A DNA stretch of 64,000 nucleotides, taken from assembly GCF_003918875.1 (NCBI RefSeq), contig NW_025767743.1, positions 124,001 through 188,000 on the forward strand. The letters run 5' to 3'. The translations under genes and the position numbers were made by a program. Positions within the stretch are counted from its first letter, which is position 1. Every line of letters begins with the position of its first letter. Positions 1-13,500 of this stretch are shown one piece after another. A model generated the notes under the pieces. The model saw nothing but the letters and a program-made list of their open reading frames with translations. It was not told the DNA's origin and made no database searches. The stretch is from Haliotis rubra. Its lineage: Eukaryota.

Positions 1-503
1 CTTGTTTTGGAGACGCTATCCACCCCCAGATGACGTAATCATTAGGACAGAACGTATTCTAATGTTTTCACTTACTCATACATGATGTCAGGGTTCAAAC
101 TAAATACTGGATGGTCACATAAGTGTCAGCTCAATATATTGTAAACAGTACCAGCTTGAATATCTGGACAATGTTTTGAAAGACTAAAATGTTTTGTCCT
201 TAAAAAATAGCCCCCTCTAAATATACATCAAGCAATCCAAATCTTTGACTGTTGATTATGACGGGAAGTCATCCAATACAATACTTAACATATTTCATAT
301 ATTATCTGAGGGCAAACCATTATCCAAGAGGTACCAAATGACTGATCGTTTTTCATTTTCTGCTTGTTTTAAAGAAATACTATACCCCAATGTGTTATGA
401 GAACTAATATCTTACAACATTACCCACATATGTGAACATCGAGAATATAACTAGGCCGACTAACTTTTGACCGACCCTCGTAAGTCGGGATTCTTAAAGA
501 TAG

Positions 504-858
504 GTGAGGTGAGGTGAAATTGGGTTTTACGTCGTGCTTGAGAATATTTCGCTCATATGACGACGTGCATGCGTGTGTATGTGTATGTGCGGCTGCTTGT
601 ACTAGCCCAGACTGAAGCTGGTTTTATAGTGCTAGCCCACTGAGATACCATGCCGCAGTGAAGCATGAATACCCCACTCAGACACATTATACTGACTCCG
701 AGCCGACCAGTCCTTGTTGTACCCATTAATGCCGAGCGCCAGACAGGGACCAACAAGTACCATATTTTAACGTCTTTTGGTATGACGCGGTCGGGGATCG
801 AACCCGCGACCTTCCGCTCTCCGGGCGGACGCTCTAACCACTACACCACGGAGGCGGT
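504..858 (-). mobile_element. tRNA-headed SINE family A (about 350 bp, Meta-core-like)
   Basis: On the minus strand: A box (GTGGTGTAGTGG), B box (GGTTCGATCCC), GTCATACCAAAAGAC core and a (CACCT)n tail. Near-identical copies at 22800, 38081 and 55806. Confidence 0.85.
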
Positions 859-2314
859 TTTAAAGATAGCAGTAACAACCATCTCTCTGCTTGACTGCTA
901 TTTTGACTTGTACCAGATGGTCCCGTGGTTTTGCTTTCAGGTTTTAGAGGTACACAACTGAATTTAATGTGTGTATGCGTGCGTGTGTGTCATGTCACAC
1001 CAGCAAGCGTGCAAATGGACACACACAAGAATGCCGTCTTGGTGGTCAAGGAGATTTGGACTAAGGTTCCTGCAATGGTTGTAAAATCTGAGAATCAACA
1101 ACATACGGAAATGTATATAAATACATGCCCAAATCAGTTGTGTTGGGATTCAGGGTCTTTGGTCTCGGATACCCAATACCGGTTGTGTGAATCTTAATTT
1201 GGATGAGATTTACAATGTATGACCTAAAGAGTGATAGCTTAACATTCTAGGTATCGTCCACCATCTGTCATTGAGCCCCTGAAGAGCCCCAGGTACTTTT
1301 GGTACCTGTGGCAATTCAAGGCAAACGTTTTCGTTACGTGGGTTGATTTCACAAACAAACCTTCATATAAATATCTATCTTCACCAGTGAAAATGTTCGG
1401 GTAAATCTCGAATATACCCAACCAAACACACTTTCGCTGATGTTGCAAGATTTTGGCACGAAATAACACAAGAAATTGATGTAAATGTTCCCTATACAAT
1501 CCTTCATATCATATAACATTCCAATGCCACTCAACCTTTTCGATGGTGGAAACTACTAGCGTCCAGGGAGCCTTAAGTTTCACCTCGTGTTCTTCAAGGA
1601 GAATACTTTGGAGGTGTTGGTTTTAGGATCCCAGCAAGAATGAGGGCTACACGAATGTTCAAATTATTCTGATTGGCGGGAACTTGAATGCTGCGAAATA
1701 TCTAGATTGTATTTAAAAAAACAAAAACGTTTTCGCAACAGAACTGATCTGGGGTGACATTCAAGTACAAAAATGCCTGACCGTGTGTTGATGGATTTGT
1801 GCTGCAGTATCTAAGAACAGTTGACGAAGAACAGTTGACGAAGAACAGTTGACGAAGAACAAAGGTAAGGCACCAGTCTAAGATGTCGGAGATGGTCCAA
1901 ATCATCCCTCAACAACCCTGCATGTACACTGAAATGTTTTCTCTTTCAGCCCCACAGGTTCATATATCATGTGAAACATGGCACTCAATTCCACTCTCAT
2001 CCTCTTCTCAGCCAAGGCAACCAATTTTTTCCGTTTTGATTATGTTCTAAATGCTGCAGCTGACTTTTAAAGAATGATACTTTATCACCCTCTACATGTA
2101 TAACAGGAGAACAGATACATGATGCAAATATAAATAATTTATAGACTGAAATATTCAGTAAAGATCAGATCTGGTTCCAAGAACCGGAACTCCCAAACAG
2201 TAACCGGAGCTTCCTCAACAAACAAAACCAAGCCTCACAGGCAGCTTGGGTTAACCATGGATAAACATGTCTGAGCTTTAAGCATAATTTGTCCCTGACG
2301 CCACTGAGCATCTC

Positions 2315-2487
2315 TGAGTGAGTGAGTGAGTGAGTTAGGTTTTATGCCGCTTTTAGCAATATTCCAGCAATATCACGGCGGGGGACACCAGAAATGGGCT
2401 TCACACATTGCACCCATGTGGGGAATTGAACCCGGGTCTTCGGCGTGACGAGCGAACACTTTAACCACTAGGCTACCCCACCACCAC
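2315..2487 (-). mobile_element. short tRNA-derived SINE family B (about 160 bp)
   Basis: GGGTAGCCTAGTGGTTAAAG...GGGTTCAATTCCC head, GCTGGAATATTGCTAAAAGCGGC tail and (ACTC)n. More than 12 copies in the window. Confidence 0.85.
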
Positions 2488-2515
2488 GAGCATCTTTGAG
2501 GTGGATATTAGAGCG

Positions 2516-2668
2516 NNNNNNNNNNNNNNNNNNNNNNNNNNNNNNNNNNNNNNNNNNNNNNNNNNNNNNNNNNNNNNNNNNNNNNNNNNNNNNNNNNNNN
2601 NNNNNNNNNNNNNNNNNNNNNNNNNNNNNNNNNNNNNNNNNNNNNNNNNNNNNNNNNNNNNNNNNNNA
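2516..2668. other. assembly gap (153 N)
   Basis: Run of N. Confidence 1.
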
Positions 2669-2929
2669 ACATACATATAACACAAGGGCAGGGTAACTCG
2701 GGTACCCAGGTCGAGAAGGTACTGAGCAGGATCCAGGTACCTGAAGGACTTCAACAATTGTTCCTAGTGACACCCTACTCTATATCACTGTATGTTCTTG
2801 GAAATAATGTGAGCCGTATACACAAAATCATGTTATTTATGATCTCAATGTAAATGAAATCTCGATGAATGTAACTGAAGGCTGGTGTGCCATGGGTACC
2901 CAGGTGGGTTTTGGGGTCAGATACAGGGT

Positions 2930-3165
2930 TTGTTGGTGAGTTTAATGCCACACCTCACCAAGATCAAGCTATATGACAGTGATCTGTAAACAATCAGGTC
3001 TGTAATAATCGGACCAAACAATCCAGTGATTGACATCATGAGCATCAACCAATGCTATGGAATACAATGACATGTGTCAACCAAGTCAACAACCCTGACC
3101 ACCCAATCCTGCTTGTCAACAAGCATAGGTTGCTGGAGACCAGTTCTAACCCGGGTCTTCACGGG
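2930..3165 (-). mobile_element. SINE family C (diverged copy)
   Basis: Matches the copies at 6147, 43748 and 56958 (GACTTGGTTGACACATGTC, CACTGGATTG). Confidence 0.7.
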
Positions 3166-3290
3166 TTTGGTACCTGGGTAAGAAATCCAGACTTATCCCC
3201 ATCCCCCACTAAATGTCTGACTTAGACAGAGACAATCACACACTGACCATTCAAAGTTTCTCTCATTCACATGCCTATATTACAGCGACG

Positions 3291-6200
3291 TCATCTAGAT
3301 GCTGATGGATCAGGTTTGATCACAGCTTCATCCCACGGACCGTAGATGTTACTGAAAACAACAAATTCTATGTTCAAACAAAGTATGATAATAAACTTTC
3401 TTTCTATATTGTCTGAAAACATTTGTTTCTCAAACATTACAGTTAAAGAAGTCATGCACAGCTGACAACTGGTAAGATAATTTGAGCATTAAATCAGCAC
3501 ATTTTTATACAGCTGTAGTCTGATGAGCAGGTTGAGTCATCAAAATCAGCATACTCACTTTTTTACAGGTGAAGTATGGTGAACTGATTGAATCATACTC
3601 AGTTTTTATACAGCTGAAGTATGGTGAACTGATTGAATCATACTCAGCTTTTATACAGCTGAAGTATGGTGAGCCTGATGAATCATACTCACTTTTTATA
3701 CAGCTGAAGTATGGTGAGCCTGATGAATCATACTCACTTCTTATACAGCTGAAGTATGGTGAACTGATTGAATCATACTCACTTTTTATACAGCTGTAGT
3801 CTGGTGAACTGATTGAATCATACTCAGTTTTTATACAGCTGAAGTATGGTGAACTGATTGAATCATACTCACTTTTTATACAGCTGAAGTATGGTGAACT
3901 GATTGAATCATACTCACTTTTTATACAGCTGAAGTATGGTGAACTGATTGAATCATACTCACTTTTATACAGCTGAAGTATGGTGAACTGATTGAATCAT
4001 ACTCACTTTTTATACAGCTGAAGTGTGGTGAACTGATTGAATCATACTCACTTTTATACAGCTGAAGTATGGTGAACTGATTGAATCATACTCACTTTTT
4101 ATACAGCTGAAGTATGGTGAACTGATTGAATCATACTCACTTTTTATACAGCTGAAGTATGGTGAACTGATTGAATCATACTCATACTCACTTTTATATA
4201 CAGCTGAAGTATGGTGAACTGATTGAATGACTCACTTTTATGAACTGGATGAATCATACTCACTTTTTATACAGCTGAAGTATGGTGAACTGATTGAATC
4301 ATACTCACTTTTTATACAGCTGAAGTATGGTGAACTGATTGAATCATACTCACTTTTTATACAGCTGAAGTCTGGTGAACTGATTGAATCATACTCACTT
4401 TTTATACAGCTGAAGTATGGTGAACTGATTGAATCATACTCACTTTTTATACAGCTGAAGTATGGTGAACTGATTGAATCATACTCACTTTTTATACAGC
4501 TGAAGTATGGTGAACTGATTGAATCATGCTCACTTTTTATACAGCTGAAGTATGGTGAACTGATTGAATCATACTCAGTTTTTATACAGCTGAAGTATGG
4601 TGAACTGATTGAATCATACTCACTTTTTATACAGCTGAAGTATGGTGAACTGATTGAATCATACTCACTTTTTATACAGCTGAAGTATGGTGAACTGATT
4701 GAATCATACTCACTTTTTATACAGCTGAAGTATGGTGAACTGATTGAATCATACTCACTTTTTATACAGCTGAAGTATGGTGAACTGATTGAATCATACT
4801 CACTTTTTATACAGCTGTAGTCTGGTGAGCCAGCAGGGGCAGATGAACGTGATGAACACGTGGAACACAGCAAACAACACAGCACCTGCTGTTGTGATGG
4901 ACAACAGCAACATGAATGCCCCGCCCCCCAGGAGAACAGTCAGTGGAACCTGGCTTTTGGGTGCATTAGTCTGAAAACACGTATATCACATAATGGGCCT
5001 TATCTTCTAATTCATGCTATAACCTGAAAGTATGTTTTTCTCTAATTAAAATTAAACCTGTAACACATTCTGTTGCTTTGAAATTCTTTGAAGTCAACTC
5101 ATCACTATACTGGCGCCAACTTTTAAGTATGCATGCATTATCCTTGGTGTTTTCCCAAAGATTTTCCACCAAAATAAACGAAATAGAGTCTCAAGGCTGT
5201 CAATTGACTCATGAAAAAATAATTTGATGACACTTTAACTGCATTCTCATACAAATATTGAAAGTGATTTAAAGAAAATTTGGTGCTAAAGATTCTGATG
5301 AAATCTAAAGGTTTGGTTTGTTGTTTAACACCACACACAGCAATATTCCAGCTACATAGCGACAGTCTGTAAATAATTGAGTCTGAATCAGATTATCCAG
5401 AGGTCAACAGCATGAGCATCAATCTACACAACTGGATAATATTCAAGTTTAAGACATGCTAAGGAAATCCCAAATTGCTCTGATTCAATGCATGCCTGGC
5501 ATGTATAGCAAATTTCATAGTCAAATACTGAACGGTTTCAGAGATGTTGACTGACTGACTGAGTTTGGTTTTACGCCGCTTTTAGCAATATTCAGCAACA
5601 TCACGGCAGGGGGACACCAGAAATGGGCTTCACACATTGTACCCATGTGGGGATTCGAACCCGGGTCTTCGGTGTGACGAGCCAAAGCTTTAACCACTAG
5701 GCTACCCCACCGCCCCTCAGAGATGTTGAACACAAAATAAACATGACAGACTGACAGAAAGATGGAAGCTGTTTCTGTATCTGCTGTGAAACTTTCTTGA
5801 GTCTGGGAACAGGCAAACAAACACATACCTTCAGTTTCCGCCTCAGGACTGGCCACAGAGCGAACAGCTCAAAAGCGAAGACAATGGTCGTGAAGGCATG
5901 CCAGGTGGTGTTCAGACGAGAAGCCAGGCACACAGATGCAAACGTCGCTGCGCTTTGAGCTTAGAGACAGAAGCAGCATAGTTCCTGACCTGACACACTG
6001 AAACATCAGCATAGTTCCTGACTGTAGGATAGGACAAGATGTGACATCATGCACTCAAACCAGCTTCATGTAGAAGAAACTTTATGGACAATTTCCTTTT
6101 GACCATAGTTACAATAGAAGTGATATTTTGTGTAGATCAACATCTTTGTGAGTGAGTTTAGTTTTACGCCGCACTCAGCAATATTCCAGCTATATGGCAG

Positions 6201-9200
6201 CGGTCTGTAAATAATTGAATCTAGACCAGACAATCCAGTGATCAACAGCATGAGCATCGATCTGCGCAATTGGGAACCAATGACATGTGTCAACCAAGTC
6301 AGCAAGCCTGACCACCCGATCCCGTTAGTGGCCTCTTACGACAAGCAGATCAACATCTTTGTCAAGCATGAGATGAAATTGACATTAGAAGCTGTCCATC
6401 AGCCTTGAGGTTGACATGAATTATTAACGTTGAGGGTACATCCCCTATGTATCCGAGGAATTGGTGCACACCTTTTATTAGAAACTTTTCTTACCTTACA
6501 CATAAATTTAATGCAGGTATGTTACACACATGATTTGGTCCAAATCAGTAAGAATACCAGTTTGGGATTTATACAAATTGTTCATTTTTTTCACAAACTG
6601 TAAACTCTGGTTCAATAACAATGAACTCAAGGGATTATCAATGTTAGTTATGACCAAAGTTCAGCTAACATATGCAGCAAGTGGCTTGGATTAAAATCCG
6701 TTCCTTATGTACTTCAGTTTGTTATAAGTGTGTTTGATAAAAATACAGTTTACTAAACATAGAAAACTAGCAGACCACTGAACAAACAAGAGTTACTTCC
6801 CTTAGACATATTTCAGTTGGAAAATATTGTAAATATCCAGACTGGAATCTTAACATGCTTACTTGGTATGTTGCGAATGTAATGCCAACCAGTCAGCTGT
6901 TTGAGCATTGAATGTTAAAAAAGTACCTTGAAAATAACAAAATGTCTCTCAAGCAATCAGAATCCAAGAATGAAAGACAATATGCCCTTGTCCATCACAT
7001 CAAGTTACCAATGCCACTCAAGGCAGCTTTAAGTACATATTCAGTGCAGTGACTGTGAAGATTTACTGGCCCAGCGAGATTTTTACTAGCCACGGGCTAG
7101 CGGGCCAGTGGCTCTTTTGCACTGATTCAGTGTATAAAATATAGCCCGTCCCACCGTCCTTGACAGTCTATTTCTGTTAAATAAGTAAGGCCATCCTTTG
7201 GTCGGGGGAAATATTTGAAAAATATAAACTTAACTTGGTTTCAATGCAGAGTTTTAGTTTTTTGGGACTGGCTGTATTTGTTCAGGACTGGTCACTTTTT
7301 TTGGACAGTTTGTCCTTGGACAGGCCACATTTCAAAACTATTTTATATGCTGACATATTCAAGTGGGAAATTCTCTGCTTTTCTAATTAAGGGACTGATT
7401 ACATGGATTTTGGTTTGCTTAGATCTTTACGGGTTCATCAGGGTTGGACCCCACTGGTATAATTAACTACTGTCTTATACCATTCCCTCCTGTAAAAGCC
7501 TGACACGCTACGGCAATTGGTCATGCTCATTCTTTTGTAAAACATTTACACCTACATGGCAGCACTTGTACCGTAGTCATGGAACAGGACATTGGCCAGC
7601 AACATGACAGTCGTCATGGCATAGATCGTGTCCGTGCTGACCGTCTCTGTCAGTGACACTAAGATCGGTGAGAGTCCAAAACTGAAGCCGGAGAACAGAA
7701 CGGCTGTCTTCAGATCGTCCATCACTGGAAAAGAAAGGAACATGTATATTTTTTCAATTTTTAATCATAATTATGATATCATTACATAAATTGCATATTT
7801 ATCTAATGCTACTAACATCAATATATTTCATATTGTATACTATATCAAAGAACATGACATGAAATTGCATCATAATATATCATTAATCATGTTAATCATC
7901 AATAATATTATCATGATAGTAAATTACTGATGTAAACATTTGGCTGACAGCACACTATCCACATTTTTCTGTCAGCTCTTGTAACCAGCATGTACAATGG
8001 GTCCTGGGAACTATTCTTCATCAAACTGACTGCATACTGAGCCAGGCATGCAAGGTTTTACCGAGCACAGAATAATGCATATGCATCAACAAATGCCACT
8101 GTACCATTGTTCAACACTTATCGACAAATATGGCCACTGCTGTCAGTATTGATATTGAATCAAATATTCCAAAATACTGAATCTCTCCATAATAAAAAGA
8201 GTGAGTGAGTGAGTGAGTTGGGTTTTACTCTGCTTTTAGCAATATTCCAGCAATATCACGGCGGGGGACACCAGAAATGGGCTTCACACATTGTGCCCAT
8301 GTGGGGAAACAAACCCAGGTCTTCGGCGTGACGACCAAACGCTTTAACCACTAGACTACCCCACCATATCAAAATTGGATTTGAACCTCTTGAACTCTGC
8401 TTCCAGGGCTCCAGATAAGGGCCGTATCGGTAGGTACGGATAAAAAATATACACAATACGGTAGGAAATAATTTAGAAAACGTAGCAGATACGCACCACA
8501 GCAATTCCGTACGGTCTTAAAATCATTTACAGATATATTTATCTGAAAAAGTATTGTTTAATTGTTTATTGACCGTTTACACCAGAGTAGCAATGCTGTC
8601 ATGCATATATGAAACGAAGCACAAGTTTAATGATACACCATTAAATTCCATTCAGTACTCTAAATGTACTCTTATTGTTTTCCAGTACTCATATATTGAA
8701 AAAATAAGGAGTACGTACTCCTGATGTTGATAAATTATCTGGAGCCCTGTGCTTCCATTATCATGATTATTGGTGGTAACAAGCAGTTTAAGTTTCACTG
8801 GTCCCAAGGAGATGATGTTTACAGTGCAAATAGTACTACTGGTTTTGTATCTTAGATACCGCCTACAAAGACAATAAGCTTACTTGTCCTCTTGGACTGA
8901 GACCGACTCTGTCCACCATCGATGACATCGTTGAGGAGGTATGCAATGACAGTCACCCCGGTTGACACAGCACAAAGACTCTCTGCCGACAACCACTTCT
9001 CATTCATGTACACAAACACTACCACAAACAAGCAGACGCTGAAACAACCAGAGCCAGAGGCAAAATGTAAAATAGCCCCATTAACATGAAGTGTGCCACA
9101 AGAGCACAAACTTAAAGGTGTACCATATAAGGTTTAAGTGTACCAATGAGAAGAAAGTGTCTCTCTCACAAATACAATTGAAGGTGTGTTTGTAAAGTTT

Positions 9201-10168
9201 ATGGTGGCTCCACATAATCAAGATATACATTACCACAAACTATTTTAATGAAAATTGGGATTTTAAAAGGTCTTAAAGAGACACAACATTTTTAGAGTCT
9301 ACACATCATCATTTCTGTCTTATGGTATATGTTTTGACAGATACTTATATGAACAGTATTTTTAATCCAAATTATAATGAATATAAATGAATCCCCACAT
9401 AACATGTGTAATGCTATGTTAGACTGCTGCTTATCAGCAAATTTTTCATGTTGTTCATGTTGTAGAAACTTACAACTTTTGTGAAGCGATAATAAATAAT
9501 TAATATTGGAAGACAGGGATTATTTTAGGATATTCATGGAATTGAAACCAGTGATCAGAAACTAAGCAAAGTAAAGCATCTGGCCAAAAAGCCACCTATG
9601 TACCCTCTGGAACTTGTGACACAGTGGTTTATGCTACTGGTACCTGCTAAGATGCTGAGTAATCACTCCTGACTCGTAAACCAGAGGTAGGTATTCATAC
9701 TTCCGGGTGTACACTGGTGGAAAAAAGGCTTTTATTAAATAGATTTACAGAACCACGAACACGTACGGTTTATTGAAATATTGCATATATCAAACACATA
9801 TACATTTGTCTTTGTTTGCGTCAGAGCAGAGATGAGTATTTCTAAGTTTTTAAAAGTCATTACTAAATTGAAATGACTTACTGCCATAATAATACAGTAA
9901 GTACATTTGCAACACATGGCAACTGCGATCATCACTTATCATAAGGACCTTCACAGATCGAACATTTAACCTCCTCATATCACCAGTCAGCATTGACAAA
10001 ACGCTTCATTCACGAGTCGTTCGAGTAAGACATTGACAATTTTTGTTAGAAGAAATACTCAAACATACAATTCTTCTTTAATTCATCCAAGAAACTAGCG
10101 TCGACGTAGTTATCAGGTACACCTTGATCTTCGTAGAGGATCTTTCGCCACTTGGGTTTGGCGGCCAT
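3291..10168 (-). CDS. PIGC: phosphatidylinositol N-acetylglucosaminyltransferase subunit C (GPI2/PIG-C)
   Basis: Exons 10069-10168, 9644-9713, 8884-9038, 7556-7724, 5829-5997, 4804-4970, 3291-3351, all GT-AG with consistent phases. Translation [33 protein letters not shown]...[19 protein letters not shown]...ASVCLASRL...NIYGPWDEA matches PIG-C motifs. The 5' part of exon 5 is scrambled and contains an in-frame TAA. Confidence 0.95.
3500..4826. repeat. 45-bp tandem array (about 28 units) made from the PIGC exon 6 end plus its 5' splice site
   Basis: Unit CAGCTGAAGTATGGTGAACTGATTGAATCATACTCACTTTTTATA. The minus strand reads CAGCTGTATAAAAA|GTGAGT, the same as the real donor at 4804/4803. Confidence 0.95.
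5548..5717 (-). mobile_element. SINE family B
   Basis: Full-length copy of the family at 2315. Confidence 0.85.
6147..6347 (-). mobile_element. SINE family C
   Basis: GCTTGTCGTAAGAGGC...ATAGCTGGAATATTGCTGAGTGCGGCGTAAAAC plus (ACTC)n. Flanking AGATCAACATCTTTGT is duplicated (about 6133 and 6347), TSD-like. Confidence 0.85.
8200..8366 (-). mobile_element. SINE family B
   Basis: Copy of the family at 2315. Confidence 0.85.
8404..8749. mobile_element. MITE with CAGGGCTCCAGATAA terminal inverted repeats
   Basis: 15-bp TIRs, flanking TGCTTC duplication, second copy at 46367-46715. Confidence 0.85.
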
Positions 10169-10500
10169 TTTGACGATCACGTGATGTGGTATACGAAAGT
10201 TATTGATGGGTTTAGTTTTATATTATGATTTTTTATGATAGCATAATTATTGTTAGATATGATCTGAATATACTTCATGAACATGTGTTTGTCAAAAAGT
10301 ATATTGACAAATTACTCGTTTCTATGGACATGACGTCACGGGTTATGACAACAAATATGGCGGACGGCTGATGAATTTATGTGAATGTGTAAACATTTAA
10401 ACGCCCATCATAAGTTGTAGATGTCAGTAATTACATACTGATAGTTATTGTTGATGGTTTGACAGTTAATAGTTTCATTGTCACACATAAGTAAACAGTC
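10169..10500. promoter_or_regulatory. putative bidirectional promoter PIGC/CFAP157
   Basis: 332 bp between divergent ATGs. Contains TCACGTGA (10177-10184), TGACGTCA (10331-10338), X-box-like GTTTCTATGGACA and GGTTATGACAAC, and YY1-like AATATGGCGG. Confidence 0.6.
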
Positions 10501-13500
10501 ATGCCGCCCAAGAAGAAGAAGAGCGGAAAGAAGAAGGGGAAAAAGAGTGGAAAGAAGTCTGGACGTGGATCTCCAGCCAAAGTTTCCACCGAACAGCTCA
10601 ACGAATTGTCCAAAGAATTTTTCCTGATACAAATCAGAGATCTTGAGAATAGACTCGTCAGGTTTGCTATTGTTTTCATATCATCAGTATTGTTATCATT
10701 TGTAGAATTTTGTAAATAAATTAGCAAAGTGGCGATGCAGTGTCAGACTCAAAGCATTGTCTGAATTTGTCATTAATATCAGGTATTGATTTATTAAAAA
10801 AGATTGTATACAAATTATTATGAGGACTTTTACATGAACACTCGTCGATTAGCAGTTGCCGTATCTATAATCCTATTTTTAAAATACTGATGATGAAGGG
10901 GTTGTTGTTGACTGTACAGAAATGTACCCTAGCCAAAATCTACAGAAACATACCCCAGGACGTGTCCATTCTACAGTCGGAACTGTCATACTATTGTATG
11001 AGATGCAATTTCAATTGTGTCATATAAGAAACAATCATTCACAAGCATTGCGGTTGCAATCCTGAGACACGGAACTATTTAACATGAGCCTGTTTACGTT
11101 TTTGGTTGAGGAATATGGAAGAGGTACATTTATGTATTTGACTTTGTTTAGGTATAGTAAGATACATATCCCAACCAGACAAGACCCTTCAGCCATTAAA
11201 TATTGCCATACTAATTGACTGAACTATGCAAACAAGTTAATTGTAACACGTTGAATACACATTAAAAGAAATATGTCAAGGGCATTTAAGGATGTCATTC
11301 ATTGTTTTGAAAGCAGAACCATCTATCTCCATCTTTTTACCGAATACCGAATAACAAATCCACATTCCCATAGAGATGTTGTCTATTTGAGCTTTTTAAA
11401 TAAAGACCGCTAACTTTTTTTTTTTCCAAAGATGAAAAAGTAACGACTGCTGACTAATCATCCTAAATATGCCAAATATAACCTGAAAACTGACACTTCT
11501 CCACATAAAATCTTTTGTAGCATAATGTGGAGGCCAGCCCCAGTTGTTATCAATGTACTTGACCAGATACAATACCTGAATCTAAACATTTGGGATACAA
11601 CTTAATCTAAACATGAACTAGCTAGAATAGTGGAACCAAAATTGAACACTGCCTGAAATGCCTAAAATTTATCTTTGCTTCCAGATGTTCAAGATAGACT
11701 GACCTTTAGACAGACTGTCTCATGCCAGTGAGCTATTGCCAATTGTGTTGCTGTAATGACTTACATGTATAATTCATTTTTAGGATTGGTCACTAGTGAC
11801 AAACTCTAGGTGAATTGGATAGGAAATGAAAACATTAATTATTCATGATCTGTTGGAGATTCATTTTGATTTTTATAAGACCTACAAATATAACAAACAC
11901 ATCTAGACCCCACAAATCACAACCTTTTTTCTTAGTCTTTTCTTTATGCCACTTGTGTAAATTTTGTTTCATTTTTCTATAAATAAACCGTTTATTATCG
12001 TTCTCTAAAGCAGACCTATACCAATCTGCTTTAAACAAATCAGAGCATGAGCATGTTTGTGACTCAAGATATATTCTTTTCTTAAATGTTTTTGTTGATG
12101 TCTGTCAAATACTTGACTCATATTCAAATATTATAAAAATTCTTATTATTGAAAACCAGTACTCAACTCATTTGAGACATTTCAGCCTTACCTATGTTAT
12201 AAGTCCCAGGGGCGGTGGGGTAGCAGTGGTCAAAGCGCTGCGTCATGCCAAGACCCGGTTCGAATCACATGGGTACAATGTGTGAAGCCCATTTTTGTCT
12301 CGTGATGTTGCTGGAATATTGCTAAAAGCGGCGTAAAACCAAACAACTCAGTCAGTCAGTATAAGTCCCAGACTTGCATTCATTGAAATAAACAAAGTCT
12401 TTTTCTTATTTATAGGACACATCCGATAACGAATATACTGACTTGAAAAATCTTGTACTCATCCCCACTGGCCTTTATAATGTTTAGAAGGTTGACATGA
12501 TGATTAGAAATTATCATATGCTAACTGAACTTTCTTGATCTGGTAAACCATGCTCTGATTGGTCAAGTGGAAGGTCATTCTGTCATAACACATAATGGAT
12601 TGTTAGAAGTGCGTTTAGCAGTAGCGAGAACTAAATAGTCAGTTGTTTGATTGGTCCCTGCTGCCATATAGCTGCCTGAGATACAGCACGTATTGTAGAT
12701 ACCACAGACTAATAGTTTTAGAACGACCTTCTTCCAGGTATCAGAAAAAGTGCGATGAGCTTGAAGTTGGAAATGCCCAGTTCCATGACAAGTTTGACCA
12801 GATGGACACAGATAAGAGGGAGATCGTGTCCTTCTGGAAACAACAAGTGGAGAAAAAGTGTAAGCATCTGGATTTGTTAACAAGCTGTAAAATCTTAAAC
12901 TATATAAACAATGCATAAGAGGCTTTAAGAAATTATTTATCAATTTTCCATCAAATTGTAATTTTAAATGTCAAGTTGGAAGCATTTTCTAAGTTGTGTT
13001 TTCTTAAACCTTATTTTCACCTTATACTTTGCATTTTAGCTGATGAGCTGGCAGACTTGAACGACCGTTTCATCGGCTTGCAACAGGCCAAAGATGCTGA
13101 GAAGGAAACGTATGAGAATCAGTTGCAGTCCTTGAGAAATGAATACCAGGAGATGAAGGATCAGCTGACATCGGAGAACATGATCTTAGGTGAGGGATAA
13201 ATAATGTTGGCAGTAGTGACAGCAGCTTCAGGCGTCTCATCCATGGTGTAAATATCAAGTCCATTGTTAAAAGATACGCGAAGTAATCTCCTGTCATTAT
13301 TTTGTTATGACATGCAGACAATGATATTTCTATATCATGTCATGCTGATCCATTGTCATCATTAGTTGTCATTTTCACATATTACTTTTGTAATTCTATA
13401 AATTCATACTTTCCCCCTCCCCATTGTAATGACATGGGTGGCCCAATGGTTTAATGCACCACATTTCACTGTGCATTGTCGGTGGGGTAGCTTAATGGTT

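Noticed and set aside
553-961. Recurrent ORFs ([16 protein letters not shown]..., MLERPPG...) here and at 22853, 38099 and 55910
   Set aside because: They are chance frames inside SINE family A copies.
3500-4826. CRISPR-like array
   Set aside because: Units are contiguous with no unique spacers, the context is a eukaryotic intron and there are no cas genes. The same applies to the 26-, 30- and 60-bp arrays.
3569-4885. ORFs of 76, 197 and 215 aa with 15-aa repeats
   Set aside because: They are translations of the 45-bp intronic array; the real PIGC frame stops at AAG TGA in each unit.
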